A stretch of 64,000 nucleotides of DNA, taken from positions 868,001-932,000 of the forward strand of contig JAKIMF020000005.1 in assembly GCA_022605425.2 (NCBI GenBank), read 5' to 3'. Both the position numbers and the translations under genes were made by a program. Positions within the stretch are counted from its first letter, which is position 1. Every line of letters begins with the position of its first letter. Shown piece by piece: positions 48,062-61,205 of this stretch. The notes beneath the pieces were generated by a model. That model did not search any database. It worked only from the letters and a program-made list of their open reading frames with translations, and had not been told where the DNA came from. This DNA comes from Hamiltosporidium tvaerminnensis FI-OER-3-3 (Eukaryota > Fungi > Microsporidia).

Positions 48062-49735
48062 CTGCGTATACAGCCCGACCTGTCTTAACAGCTGGGCACT
48101 GGGCAGAATTCACTTTGTGTCCACGTACTACACCACCACAAAGCTATGTTTTTATTAAACAGTCGGATTCCCCGTAACTAAAAGTTCTAATTCCTTAGAG
48201 CTAATCCTTTTCCCGAGGTTACGGATCTAATTTGCCGAATTCCCTAACTAACGTTTGTCCTATCGCTTCCGGTATACACCGTACGGAGCCCTGCTGCGGT
48301 CGGTACGGTCATCTAGGTCATAAAGGTATTTTTTCACGGATCCCAGCTAAGACAATTGCATATGCCTGTATTGCTCTGTACAACACGCTACATACAGTAC
48401 TGCTACAAGGAATGGGTACCTCCTTGTTGTCGTGCCTAAGACGTAAACACCATATTTACTGTTGCCAAATACCTAGATGGCTCGGGAATATCAACCCGAT
48501 TCCCTGTCGAGATCTCAGGACCGGCTAACCTTCTCCTTATGAAGTCTTAGAAGAACCCTTCTCCTGAAGCCTTCGCGATTCACACACGAATTGTAACTAC
48601 TACCACCAAGATCAGCACTAGTGTATGCTCCACTTTACCTCACGGTAAACCTTCTGCACATACACCACGCCCATCTACCTATAAGTACTGCATCGGGTCT
48701 GGCCTTGTACCGTCCATTTTCGGCGCACATGAATTCGGTAGGTACGTTGCAACACGTTTCTTACCGGATGCCAACCTCCATGGCCACCGCCCTACTGTCA
48801 CAATTCATCTACGGCCTTAAGAAAAACCAGATTAGGCCCCTTATCAGTACGTCAGGTTGATCCCTCTTCGCACGTCCTGCTTACCAGAACGCGCCCACTA
48901 GACACATATATAATCGTTATTCTTTAATACAAGAATAACACGTACACGTTCGCAGTTCGTCGGTATGTGGAGATTGCTCCCCTTTCATCCCGCCGTTCCT
49001 CTACCGCATAATACTAAGTAACTTGTGTCTGCTGTCCTGAGAGACATTTCGATGGGAACCAGCTACCCGGCTGTTCGATTGGTCTTTCGCCCCTACACCC
49101 AGCTCAAACCATCGATTTGCGCGTCAGAACAAGTTTAGGTCCTCCACCATCCTTTCGAATGGCTTCAACCTGGCCAGGTGTAGTTCACAGCCCTTCGGGT
49201 CGCATCCGAACAGCTATATCTGCTTTCGCTACGCTTAAAGGAAACCCCCCTTTAACTTGCTATGCAGATGCACTCCTTGGTCCGTGTTTCAAGACGGGTC
49301 CTGTGATCAGGATACTCAATACAATTTCACGTCTTTGCACTTTTTAGCTTTTCACCTTTCCATCGCTGTACTATTACGCTATCGGTCTCCGCTCATATTT
49401 AGCCTTAGATGGAACCCACCACCTCTTCAGGCTGCATTACCAAGCAACCCTACTCTGCCCATTACTCGTCACTACGGGGCTATCACCCTCTATGGCTTAC
49501 CTGTCCCGGTAATTCGTTACGACGATCTTAACAATGCCCGGAGGCTTACATTCGGGGCTATTTCTTGTTCGCTCGCCGCTACTACAGAAATCCTAGTTAG
49601 TTTTTGTTCCTCCCCTTAATAATATGCTTAAGTCCAGGGGGTAGTCAGGCATTTACAAATGCCGTTCGGCCTTAGTTCTCGGAAACTATTCCGGCCTTCC
49701 TCGGATACGGAGCCAAGTGATCCCTTGTATGAGTT
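47120..49735 (-). rRNA. Large-subunit rRNA with fused 5.8S-like region, copy 2 (3' end approximate)
   Basis: Reverse complement of 18112-20727. Confidence 0.97.
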
Positions 49736-49768
49736 TAAAATGAAAAAACTACACAATAAAAGTACTAG

Positions 49769-51070
49769 CACTGATCCTGCTGCAGGTTCTCCTACAGCAA
49801 CCTTGTTACGACTTGTATCCAATCTAATCCTACGTCCTCAGAAGGAAAACCCTCTTCGAACATAGCACCATCTTAGATAACGACGGGCGGTGTGTACAAA
49901 GAACAGGGACGCAGTCGTCGCCCGTTAGTGACACGCGACTACTAGGAATTCCTGGTTCATGCGTCCATTACAGAACGCAATCCCAACCGAGTTATCCTTT
50001 ATCTTTACATTATACCTAGAAATAACATTGTAGTGCGCGTGCAGCCCAGAACATCTAAGGGCATCACAGACCTGTTATAGCCCCCTCCTTCCTGAAACTT
50101 ATAGTCCCCAGTCGCCGTAGCTGAGGGTCTCACACATTACAGCAATAAACCTAAAAGTCACCTCACATGTTGTGAACGGCCATGCACCACTTAGTCGTAC
50201 TCATCAAAGATTCGTCATACAACTGGCCCTGGTAAGTTGTCCCGCGTTGAGTCAAATTAAGCCGCACACTCCACTCCTGGTGGTGTCCTTCCGTCAATTT
50301 CTTCAAGTTTCAATCTTGCGATCGTACTATCCCCATAGCCCATATACTTGATTTCTCGTGGGTACCACTACGTAACACCCAGTTGGCATAGTTTACGGCC
50401 GGAACTACAGGGGTCTCTAATCACCTTTGCTCCTCCGGCTTACGTCCTTGATCACCGGAAACGTACTGGACGACAGCTTTCGCTTCGGTTTGTCCTACGT
50501 AGGTCGTCAACTTTCACCTCTCGCTACGCAATACAGTCGCCCTCTTCCGCTCCTACATGCTAACCTAGAATGCCAATACACTCCATGAAGAAAGTGTCTT
50601 CTAGCATCCCTGTCAACACTGACTACGGACCTTTTAAATGCAGCAATGCACTATGACACTCCTGGAGCTGGAATTACCGCGGCTGCTGGCACCAGACTTG
50701 CCCTCCAGTCAATCACCGGTATTCTACCCCGGTTACAAAATATACGTCTCATAACTGCCTCTCTCCAATTGGGCAAGTTTCGCGCCTGCTGCTGTCCTTA
50801 GACCTGGTAGCCGTTTCTCAGGCTCCCTCTCCGGAATCAAACCCTGATCCCCCGTACCCGTTAAAGCCATCGTACGCCCTTACCGTACGATAAAACTGAT
50901 GGGTCGGCGTCTTACTCGTGTTATTAGCCACAGTTTCCCGCGGTTATCCTTCCTACACGATTAAATAATCACCGTTCTACTGAGCCGTTCGCAGTTCCAC
51001 TTTCGCTTCACCAGACTTGCATGGCTTAATCCCAGAGACAAGCATCCTCGTCAGGCAGAATCAACCTGTT
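49769..51070 (-). rRNA. Small-subunit rRNA, copy 2
   Basis: Reverse complement of 16777-18078 (GTCAGGCAGAATCAACCTGT at ~51050-51069). Confidence 0.98.
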
Positions 51071-53550
51071 GCACAAATATACCATTACACGTCACATCCA
51101 AATCACACACAATTGACTCGTTGAGTCCATAACTTAATCCCGATGAATAAAGCAGCACAAGAAACCAAAGTAACAACGGAAAACCTCCAAAATCTGCATC
51201 AGAGCAGTAACCATATGTAACACCAATTTGTTACTTGAACATGTCAAAGTAACTAGAACACCATATCGATTTGATCATTGATCTAAATCACGTGAATTAA
51301 CAACTAAGTTAATGATTCGAAAGTACGTTTGTAGATCAATTTGATTAGATCAACTTGATTTCTACGGTTACATGCAATTGTAATTTCTGGTTGATTTGTC
51401 TCATTCTTAGTGTTTTCTATTGACATTTTAATTCTCATATGATTTGGGGTAAACAGTTCTATAAATAACATCCTTTATATACGAAAAAAATAATTTTCAC
51501 AGTAATTTTAACACCAAATCAATTTTTTTAAAAATATTTAGAGAATATAACACCAATAAAAAATAAAATCAATCAATCAACTTATTTCTAATATAAAGAA
51601 TTCTAAATATGTTAAATTATTTCAAATTTCTTTTCTTACCCATTCTCTACTAACGAATCATATATCTAAAAAAGAAAAAATACTAAACATCAAATTTTTC
51701 TTTGTGTATATAAATATCACATTCGTTAATATTTAACTCCAAGAAGATGTTCTATTTAAAAAAATTGTTTTTCTATTTCCAGGTTTTTCCTTCGAACATA
51801 CAACGGTTAAGAATTTTTTTATAAATTAAAAAAGTATTTTATCATGTCAAATATATCAAAAGATCTTTTTTTAATCAAATTTATTTCTAAAAATATGATT
51901 GAAAGTGTATTTTTGTTATAGTTTTAATATATAAATGCTATTTTACCAAAAAAAATACCTTTCTGTCATTTTATTATATTTTTAATAATTGTATTTAAAA
52001 ATAATCAAATATTTTCACTGAAGATTAACTTTTATAGAAATTACTGTTACCTAAAGACATATTAGATTTTATAATTTATAAAATAATATTTGCTTATTGC
52101 ATGTTTTTTAACATCATTATTTTAATAAATATTTGCTTTGTCAAAAAATTCCACACGACGAATTTTTTTAAAAACAGAAATTATAAACACATAAGAAAAT
52201 CTAAACAAATTAATAGAAAAAAAATTATTTAATTTTAGAAAATAATGAAGACTACTGGCTTCAAAACGATTTGCTTGCTTTAAGTATTTATAAATAGTTC
52301 TTTTGGATTTATTTGCAAAATATTCTCGCATTTGAACTCACTATATATTAAACAATTTGAAACCATATCTCAATGCTATAAATACTAAATTAAGCACTCC
52401 GGTTTGTAATAATTAGTTATTTTAATATTCTTCTCCAATTAATTCAATTAAGTAGAATATCAAATATATAATTCTCTAATGTTGATCCTTATTTCATATC
52501 ACAACTTAATAACGTAAAATATTAAAATCATAATTTTCAATGGTTGATCTGTATTTCATATCACAAAATTACTCAATGGTTATGCTTTTGCTGCATAACA
52601 ATTATATTCTTTTAAATTTTGAGTTTTTCCAAATACTATCTACATCAATATGAAAATAAAATTTTACATGTTTCACTAAAAAACCAATGTGCAGAATATT
52701 TTAAGCTAAAACCAATTTATGTAATATGTTCATTTATGCCATTTTTATTCTTTATAATCTTCTTGCTTTAAATTTTTTTTAATTTCCCCTGCGTAATTGA
52801 AGAAGCGTTTACTCTTCTATTTGCGAATTTCTTCTGTTCATTGCGGTTTTATTGCTTACGACTTAAATCTGTTTCTTGGTAAAACTTAAATATAAAATCA
52901 ATTGCTATATATTTCTAAATATTGTATTTATAGATTATATTTTGTTAAAAATTGGGTTTTCGGTGGCTTTATAATTTGAAATTTATATTTAAAAGTATTA
53001 TTTTGTATATATTTGCATTTCGTTTCGGATTAATTTTTTTATTCTTTAAAGAAATAATCCATGACTTTCAAATATACACATACTTAATCAATCCAAAACT
53101 CAATCGCACTTGTTATATTTTCAATTCCAGTAAAACATCAAATATTTTGTTTTCTATATTATATTTTACAGTGTTTGTTCGTTGCTATTTAAAAAATATT
53201 GTAAAATACTCAATAAATTTTGTTTTTTGTTGGTTAATAAACCCAGTTGTTCTTTACTGTTTAACTAGTTTTCAGTGTTTGCCTTAAGAACCATAATTAT
53301 CTTGATAATTTGCATTTAAAAATCGGATTTAAAATATTTAGAAGAATATACCATTCAATACACATTTATTGGCAAGTCGAAGGAAAGTAGGAACACCTGT
53401 AATTAGATGACTGGTTTTCAATTTATATATTTATAAGCGAAACCATCAAAGCTTGGCATAGAATATATTTTATTTTTCAAAGGCACCTGATAAACAATGG
53501 TCCATTTAGTATTTAATACATAAAAATATCTAGGTTAAAAAAATTTTGGG

Positions 53551-54690
53551 TTTAAATCATTTTCGAACTTTTATATATTTTCGTCTAACTCCTTAAGCAT
53601 TATCTGTTCCTCTTTGATCCGACAATTCATCTATGTTTATGCCGGTTTCTTCAACATGGTTTCTCCTTCTGAAATAGTTGGTGTATTATTTTTTGTTTTA
53701 AGACTATCTTCCTGGATATTAGCATGTTTTAAAGGGGGTATTTGTTCCTCATGCATTTCGGCCCCTTTTAATAAAAAATATTGCCGCTCTTTACCTTTTT
53801 GAAACACGTAAATCCTCTTCTTCTATCAGAAGACACTGTTCCGACCTTCTTCTTGAGTACAATCGATTGAATGTATTTTCCTCTAGATTAATGAGCATTT
53901 TTAGTTTTTTTAGGTTTGAATCATGATATTTTGCTACAATACCAACTCAGGTAATCACAGAAGAGATTATTCTAACACTAAATTATAAATAAGACCTAAC
54001 TCATTTGCTAATAGGTCATACTTCCTAGGCTTCCGTGTTCTAACTATTTGAAGTGAATCTTGAAAAGTGATTCCACTTCAATGAGTGTTATCTTATTCTT
54101 CATCTTATTTAAAAAATATGTCGGGTCTATTATTCCGAGTTTCGAATTCAGGTTTTATTCTGGTGTACACTCTTATCTTTGCATACTCGTTTTCAAGAAT
54201 TTCTTGAACTGAGTGACTATTTATTCGTTTTGAAGACTTTAATTTATAATCATTTAGAAGACGAAATTCCAGGCATCTAACCAATTCATTATACCGTCTA
54301 TTATAGTAATGACCAAGCCTTTTTTACATCGAGATTCTAAAGGACCTCCTGTATACCAAAATTTCTGCAGTGTTGGCCCACGTCTTCTGATCTCCATAAT
54401 ACATTTCTATCCTAGATATAGCAGATCACTCCTTCAGCTCGTAGCCTAATATTTTTTTCTTTGGCTATCTAGAAGATTCACCGAGACTTATAAGCACGTT
54501 TTTTCCTGCATTATATAACTTATTGTTAAGTTTTCGCTTTTTTATTTCGAATATAATTTTGTAAGTTGAGCTTCCTCTAAGTCTTCTTAGAAACCTCTTA
54601 CAACTTGTATTTAACTTTTAAGAAGCCTTTTATTAGTGCAAGATGGGTGTTATTGGTATTTTCCACATTAAGAATTGGCGCTCATCATGT
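53551..54690 (-). mobile_element. Degenerate RLE non-LTR retrotransposon relic, copy 2
   Basis: Mirror of 13155-14295, carrying essentially the same disabling lesions. Confidence 0.85.
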
Positions 54691-56336
54691 CTATATTTCT
54701 TTATCTTTTTCTAGAATCTATAAATATATTTCAAAATAGAAATCTACTATTTTTTATATGGAAAGTTAATGCATAATAATGAATTTACAAGATAGAAACT
54801 AAAGAAAACCCTGATCTAATAATTTAAGTATCTTTTAATCAATCATGTATTATCTATAAAAAAATATATAACTTTGGACAATGTTACTTTACATGTGAAT
54901 TTTAATATCATATAATTAGATTTCTATTATGTCCTCAATAAACATAAAATCAGTTATTACATTATAAAAGAAAAGAATCAAACCTAAGAATATGTTAAGG
55001 TATTTTATACATTTTCAAGAGCTTCTCTTTTAATATATTAATTAAAAACTTAGAATATTTGCGGCTAAGCTGTTTCACTATTTTTATATGCAAAAAATTT
55101 AATATTAATAAGTTAAAATCGTAATTTTTTTTGATTTTTTTATTTGGAATTATAAGATGGAAATATCAGGGGTTTCTAGTAGCCTCAACATCTATTTAAT
55201 TTAATTAAAGCGTGTTATAATCCACCCAAATCTTCTGATATTTTATTGACACAGAAACTTGTATATGAAATATCCTACCGAAGTCATAAATAAAAAAATT
55301 TCTTTCCTTGAATTTTTTGTTAATTTTGAAATTTTTTTTTTGGAATTACATGAAAATAATGGTTTTCGGTGAATTTAAAAAATTTTAAAATACACAATCA
55401 TGGCAGATTATACATGTTTTAAAAAAAATTGTACTGTTCTAGCCAAAAAAAATATTAAAAAATTATATACTTACTCATTTACTTTTTTATCTTTCGGTGT
55501 CGAAGATGAAAGAATAAAAATTCACATTTATTTATTTTAAGTTGTTTTTGGGACTCGAGAGGATACGGAATTGGCTTATAGATCCAGTTAAGAATTTACC
55601 AATTAACTCAGAACATTAAAAAATTTTAATTCGACCCAATTTTAAACTAATTTCAAAGTCAATAACCAAATTTTAAATTTAATCATTATATTTGGTATAA
55701 TAAGATTTCTTTGTGTAAATTACGTAAAATGAGATCTTCTTATCTATTCCCAGATAGAACATAAATGGTTAATTTATGACGTCTTTAATTATCATACTCT
55801 AAATGCTAACATAAACATACTAGAATAATCTGAATTTATTTTTGAAAAATAATTCTATCTAATTTTAAAACTAATATACTTTAATTAAATTCATTTCAAT
55901 GTATATAGAATTTTTTGCAAATTATATTTATTATTAAATAGACATGTAATTGTTTTATCACATATTTGGATTGACATCAAGGAAAACAGAAAAACCACAA
56001 ACATATAGTTATTTGCTTACTAAAGCAAGAATCAAAAAAACAATTCGTTGCTCATATTAGAAAATAATGATCTAACAAAAAAAATCATAAAATAGAAAAA
56101 TAGCAAAAATAGTCCAACGAGATGTAATTATAGTTAATTTTTATTTTATTGAAATTATTTATAAAATATAAAAATAATTTCTATTATTTCAAAGTAAAAT
56201 ATTTTATTTTCTGAATATTTCTGAAAAAATAATGAATTTAGGAAATGTAACTAATCGAATAAATATTTTTTTTAATTTAATCTTTATTATTATTAGAATA
56301 CTTAAATCAATGATTTCTCACTAAATTATACAATTA

Positions 56337-57977
56337 TTATTTCTTTTGTAGGAAATTTTCAAGTCTTTTTTGTTTAAGATCGAACGGTCCAATGTCTTTT
56401 AAATCGTTTGTTCCGATTCCAAGTGATTCAAGAACATTCAGCTTTTTAAGTATTTTAGGCCAGACATATTCGTCAATCGTGTTTTTTCCAATCAAATAAT
56501 GTATATCGACGCTATCCTTTTGTCCTATTCTATGAATTCGATCTTCTGCTTGCAACATCGTACCAGGATTCCAGTATAATTCAGAAAATACAACCGCCTT
56601 TCCTTCTGTAAGTGTCAATCCACTTGCACATGCTGTTAGTCCTAATAATGCTACCGTTATATTTGCATTATTTTGATATTTGTTGACTAATTGTTGCCTG
56701 TGATTAACAGGTGTTTTGCCGTCTATTCTAATAAAATTTATACCTGTCTCTTCAAGAAATTTAGATATTTGTTCTATCATAAATCCATGATGAGCAAAAA
56801 CTACAAATTTTATTTGTTTTTCTATTAAACACGATAAATATTCTATAACTTTGTTTGCTTTGAGTTTCCCTGCTTCACAATATAAAGTCATAATATTATC
56901 ACTTACTTCAGTCAGATTTTCGTCAAGATTTTTTTTGTTTTCATTTAAAATTTTATTTAAAGAAGTTGAATCTTTATTTTCGGTTTTCGAATCATCCAAA
57001 TTGAGAATTACATGTCTTCTGAATTTATTTGGTAATTCATTTAAAACGCAGTCTTTAGTTCTTCGAAGCATGAAGGTTTTATTTAGCAAATAATTTAATT
57101 CTTCCAAATTACTTGAACCTTTGTAATCATACCAATGCCCAACCTTTCTTCCATTGCAATATCTTTTACCGTATTCATAGAATTTAGGAAATATAAATTT
57201 ATCAATTGCAGAAATAATTGAAAATAGTTCGAGTGGTCTACTCATAGCAGGTGTACCTGATAATAAAATTGATCTTGTCGAGTTTTGAATTATAGGAAGT
57301 AAATTTACAGTTCTTTTAGACTGCTGACTTTTCAAATAATGACACTCATCAACAATTATAACTTGATGTTTAAGTTTTAAAATTAAATCGGAGTTCTTGG
57401 AAGCTTGATCATAACTTATAATGCTTATTTTTTCTCCAAAATCAGACATTTTTCTAATAATTGTACTTTCCATTTTTAAAAAAGTATTTATAGATTCTGC
57501 CCAATTATAAAGAAGTGAAGCTGGGGCAATAATTAAGAGTGGCCATTCAAGTTTATAATAATATGCTATAGCTAATGCCTGTATTGTCTTACCTAAACCC
57601 ATATCATCGGCTAATAAAATTTTTCCTTTTCTGTTCAAAGCAAAATTTACGCCCTGCATTTGGAATGGTAGTAAATAACTATAAATACCGTTTTTTAAAT
57701 CATAAAATTCATTTTTTATATTTTTTTTGAGAACGTTTATGACGCCTTTAGGAATTTCCTCGTATAAAATTTTATTTTGCCTTAATTTTATACAAAAATC
57801 TTCGTATATTTCTATATTAATTTTCCAAGAATTCGTTTCTAATATATAAGTCGATTTTTTATTTGGAAAAGAAGTTAGAATAGTGGAAATAATTTTATTA
57901 GAGGGTTTAACTTCTATAGATCCATCTTCTTTAAGTTTCATTTTTACAGGCTTATTTACTACCGGAATAGATGGCAT
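56337..57977 (-). CDS. SMARCAL1: SMARCAL1/HARP-like SNF2 helicase, copy 2
   Basis: 546 aa; identical to copy 1 except IKLKQ>IKLRQ and GVLNV>GVINV. Confidence 0.85.
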   Translation of the reverse strand: MPSIPVVNKPVKMKLKEDGSIEVKPSNKIISTILTSFPNKKSTYILETNSWKINIEIYEDFCIKLRQNKILYEEIPKGVINVLKKNIKNEFYDLKNGIYSYLLPFQMQGVNFALNRKGKILLADDMGLGKTIQALAIAYYYKLEWPLLIIAPASLLYNWAESINTFLKMESTIIRKMSDFGEKISIISYDQASKNSDLILKLKHQVIIVDECHYLKSQQSKRTVNLLPIIQNSTRSILLSGTPAMSRPLELFSIISAIDKFIFPKFYEYGKRYCNGRKVGHWYDYKGSSNLEELNYLLNKTFMLRRTKDCVLNELPNKFRRHVILNLDDSKTENKDSTSLNKILNENKKNLDENLTEVSDNIMTLYCEAGKLKANKVIEYLSCLIEKQIKFVVFAHHGFMIEQISKFLEETGINFIRIDGKTPVNHRQQLVNKYQNNANITVALLGLTACASGLTLTEGKAVVFSELYWNPGTMLQAEDRIHRIGQKDSVDIHYLIGKNTIDEYVWPKILKKLNVLESLGIGTNDLKDIGPFDLKQKRLENFLQKK

Positions 57978-58389
57978 CGGGAAGGGTAAGTAAGTCTTTA
58001 ATTGTTAAATTGGGTTTACTTCTTTACGTTTTGCAGAATATTTTTAATAATACAGCGCGTATCTGTTTTATATGTGAAGATAATTGTCTAGATGATATAT
58101 TTATATTATAAATATTGTTTTCTGTTTTTTTAGAAGATTATTTGAGCATTTGTAATGGCTTATGATTTTTTATTCGGTTATTACAAGTGTTTTCGCAATA
58201 AACGATCTACATTGTTAATTAAAATTATCTTAACTTTGATTTCTCCGTTAATTCTTAAAAAATATTTTATACCTTTTTAAATAAACGAGCCTTCTAAAAT
58301 TTTTGTTTCGGCTTTTTTCTTGCACAATAACTTTTACAAAAATTTTCAAGAAAAATAAATTTAGATTTTTCAAAATTTTTACCGCTGAA

Positions 58390-59055
58390 ATGAAAAAATT
58401 TCTTCCTGGTGAAAAAATGCCAACAATAGAAGGTTATATAAATGGTCATGGTTCTTATCAAGAGAATGATGGTTTATATTCATCTTTGTATGGTAACTTG
58501 GTTGTAATTGATAAGTTAATGACTGTTCAGCCTGTTATTGATTTTAGATACAATCCAGAAGTTGGAGATGTCATTATAGGACGAATTACGATGATTGGAA
58601 ATAAAAAATGGAAAGTTGAAATGAATTCAAAGGCTGAATCAACATTACAATTATCTGCTATAAACCTTCCGGGTTCGGTTCAAAGGAGAAAAATGTTTTC
58701 CGATGAAATGAAAATGCGAGAATATTTTGATATAAATGATATTTTAGTTGCTGAAGTACAAAAAATCAATAAATCAGGAAATATCTCATTACATACAAGA
58801 AATGAAAAATATAAAAAATTAACCAATGGATTGGTATTAGAAGTACCTGCAATGCTGGTTACAAGATATAAAACACAATTTCTTAAAATCGAAAGCATAG
58901 AAATAATTATCGGGGTAAATGGATTCATATGGATCGGATCTGATGATTTAAATTACGAAAATATGAAAAAAATACTTATAATCGCAAATTTTATAAAAAA
59001 TATTGCAAATCAAAATAAAGTAATAACAGATACTGAATTACTAAAACAATATTGA
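58390..59055 (+). CDS. RRP4: Exosome complex component Rrp4, copy 2
   Basis: ATG at 58390 mirrors copy 1; the ORF track's TTG start at 58303 is not credible for a eukaryote. Four aa differences: MTK>MKK, ENNG>ENDG, KMYS>KMFS, NYKN>NYEN. Confidence 0.93.
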   Translation: MKKFLPGEKMPTIEGYINGHGSYQENDGLYSSLYGNLVVIDKLMTVQPVIDFRYNPEVGDVIIGRITMIGNKKWKVEMNSKAESTLQLSAINLPGSVQRRKMFSDEMKMREYFDINDILVAEVQKINKSGNISLHTRNEKYKKLTNGLVLEVPAMLVTRYKTQFLKIESIEIIIGVNGFIWIGSDDLNYENMKKILIIANFIKNIANQNKVITDTELLKQY

Positions 59056-60169
59056 AGTATATTCAAGTATGTAAAAATAAATTTTAATTTTATAATTTAC
59101 AATTTTTTGTTTTGCCTTTCGCGACTTTATTCAAATAGATTTCTTGAGAATAATATTTTCTAATAAAAACTCCATTTTTTAGCCATCGAAAAATGTTTTT
59201 TTTATTATTTTAGAACCGGAAATTCTCTTATTGACAAGAAACAAAAAAATAAACTAAAGATCTATCTATTCTTATAAAATTACTCGTTTTTCTTATATTC
59301 ACACAGAAAAGTCAAAACTTAGAATTTTTTGTATTTCAGAAGCATCATAAACTCGAAATTAACTACTGATTATATAATTATCTCGTGGGAATAAATTTTC
59401 GTTTCATAATTTATATTTAATGAATTCTGATTTCAATTTATAACTAAATTTAGGAGTTATTCTACTTTTAATATTTACCAAAGTTATCTGCGTATATGTT
59501 TTAATTTCATATTGTTTATATTCCTTTGATTATTCTTTTATTCATCCCAATCTTAATTCTATTTTTATTAAAAAATATATGTGCCTGTCTATTCTATTCA
59601 TTTATTCAACTATATTTTAAACGAGAAATACTCCTTGATAATGCTTAAATAAGATTTTTTTAATTACTAAATGTATATTATACAATTGTCCTCGAGTACA
59701 TTCAAAGAATCATTAATATATTTCGAGTTTTTTTTATTCTTAATCTAAGTATTATAAACTAAATTGATTAGAATCCGATAGTATTAATAATGAAAATAGC
59801 ATGGCCTTTAAATTTTTCTAACGAATATTTAATTCTACTAAATATTTAGAATATTTTTTTAGTAGATTTATAGGGTCTGGTTTTTTAAAAACTCTACGCC
59901 AAGCCTACAAATTATATTTTTATTTTAAATACTTTGTGAAAATTTGAATAAATTCATATAGAAATTAGAAAACGTAATTAAAAATAAATTAAGCCTTTAA
60001 AAAATATAATTTAAAGCAATATTATAGTAATTATAGTATCTTTATATGTCATTTCATCAAATCTATAGATTCTCATACGTCAAATTATGTTACATAGTGA
60101 TTAATTTTTTAACTTGAATTTCTATTCTTAAAAAAGCTTTGAATTATTTTAAATCAATCCAAAATCTTA

Positions 60170-60906
60170 ATCATAATCAAAATAGACCTTATTGAAAGCT
60201 ATCACATCTTTTTAAAACAGTGGCAAGTGTTATATTTGTTTTCATAACATTAACGCTGTTACAGGTTTAACATAAAAAGCTGCTATTCCAACACTCCACC
60301 AGTACCCCCTGCGATACCTACATTTCAAAGCGTTTCATCTACCAGGTATGAAGAACCTAATTAATAGGCGAGCCAGATCCCATGAGTTCGTTAATGTTCG
60401 TTGCATGGTGTTGGATTGAAGGTCGAATCCCCCTGGGCTCCCCAAGAATATGCAGCATTCACATACTCTACACTTTCTGAACCCAATAAACTTCTAGCTA
60501 AGATATATTTCAGAGAGTTACAAGAGGTCCACCTAGACAGTGCAATGTCATACCAACAGGTATAACCTGATACTTAGCTCTCTCGGCTGGTAATGGTTTT
60601 TATTTTTATATCTCCCGAGCGTTAGGTCTTCTTAAACGAGTGATCAAGGGTAGGTTTCCATGCAAAAGCATGGAAATTACCTACATTTCAGCTGCGGTCT
60701 GCAATCTAGTTACATAAAAAACAAAAAATAAGTTTGTAGAAAAAGTTTTGCAATTTCGTAGACCTCCTCATACAAATTCACTAAAAAAACCCGAAGATAT
60801 AGTGTGGTTTATTTCCCAACAAAAATCCAAACAAGGATACCCACACCAATTTCTTATAACCATTGCCAAACAGACAGTCTTTTATGTATTTATCTTCTCT
60901 TCGCCA
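60170..60906 (-). mobile_element. 737-bp non-coding insertion with a 4-bp TSD (CTTA/TAAG); sibling at 5885-6160
   Basis: The homologous left site TATGCTATAAGATTTTG (7643-7659) is empty. On the right, CTTA occurs at 60166-60169 and at 60907-60910, flanking the insert. Confidence 0.75.
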
Positions 60907-61205
60907 CTTATAGCATATAATTGTATGTTAATTACGAATTAATATTGTTAATAATTTATTTAGAACATTTAAATAGAAAAAGTAGAAAATTTTTCGAAAA
61001 ATTTATAGAACCTTGGTAAAATGAATGTGCCAATAATCCGAAAATATAGAGACTTTCAATCTAAACTGAATATAAATAAAAATCTGAAATCACGTGTATA
61101 GATACCAGAAGAGGTGCATATATCAAAATTGCTTTTAATTTCGAATTGGATTTTTTCAAATATTGATACTTTAAATTCAACAAAGATGCATAAGAAACGA
61201 TGACT
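60907..61205. repeat. Old diverged outward extension of the right arm (partner 7360-7653)
   Basis: Reverse-complement similarity resumes immediately after the insertion. Confidence 0.75.

Larger units (their letters stand above)
47094..60169 (-). repeat. Right outer arm of giant inverted repeat (partner 7650-20753)
   Basis: Mirror ORFs and rDNA; coordinate sum ~67847 in the rDNA. Confidence 0.97.

Noticed and set aside
58303-58389. 29-aa N-terminal extension of RRP4 copy 2
   Set aside because: Relies on a TTG start; copy 1 lacks it, and the ATG at 58390 is the mirrored start.
60415-60445. tRNA-like 3' end GGTCGAATCCCCCTGGGCTCCCCA (also GGTTCGAATCC at ~63473)
   Set aside because: The T-stem does not pair and no D or anticodon arms or acceptor partner are present.
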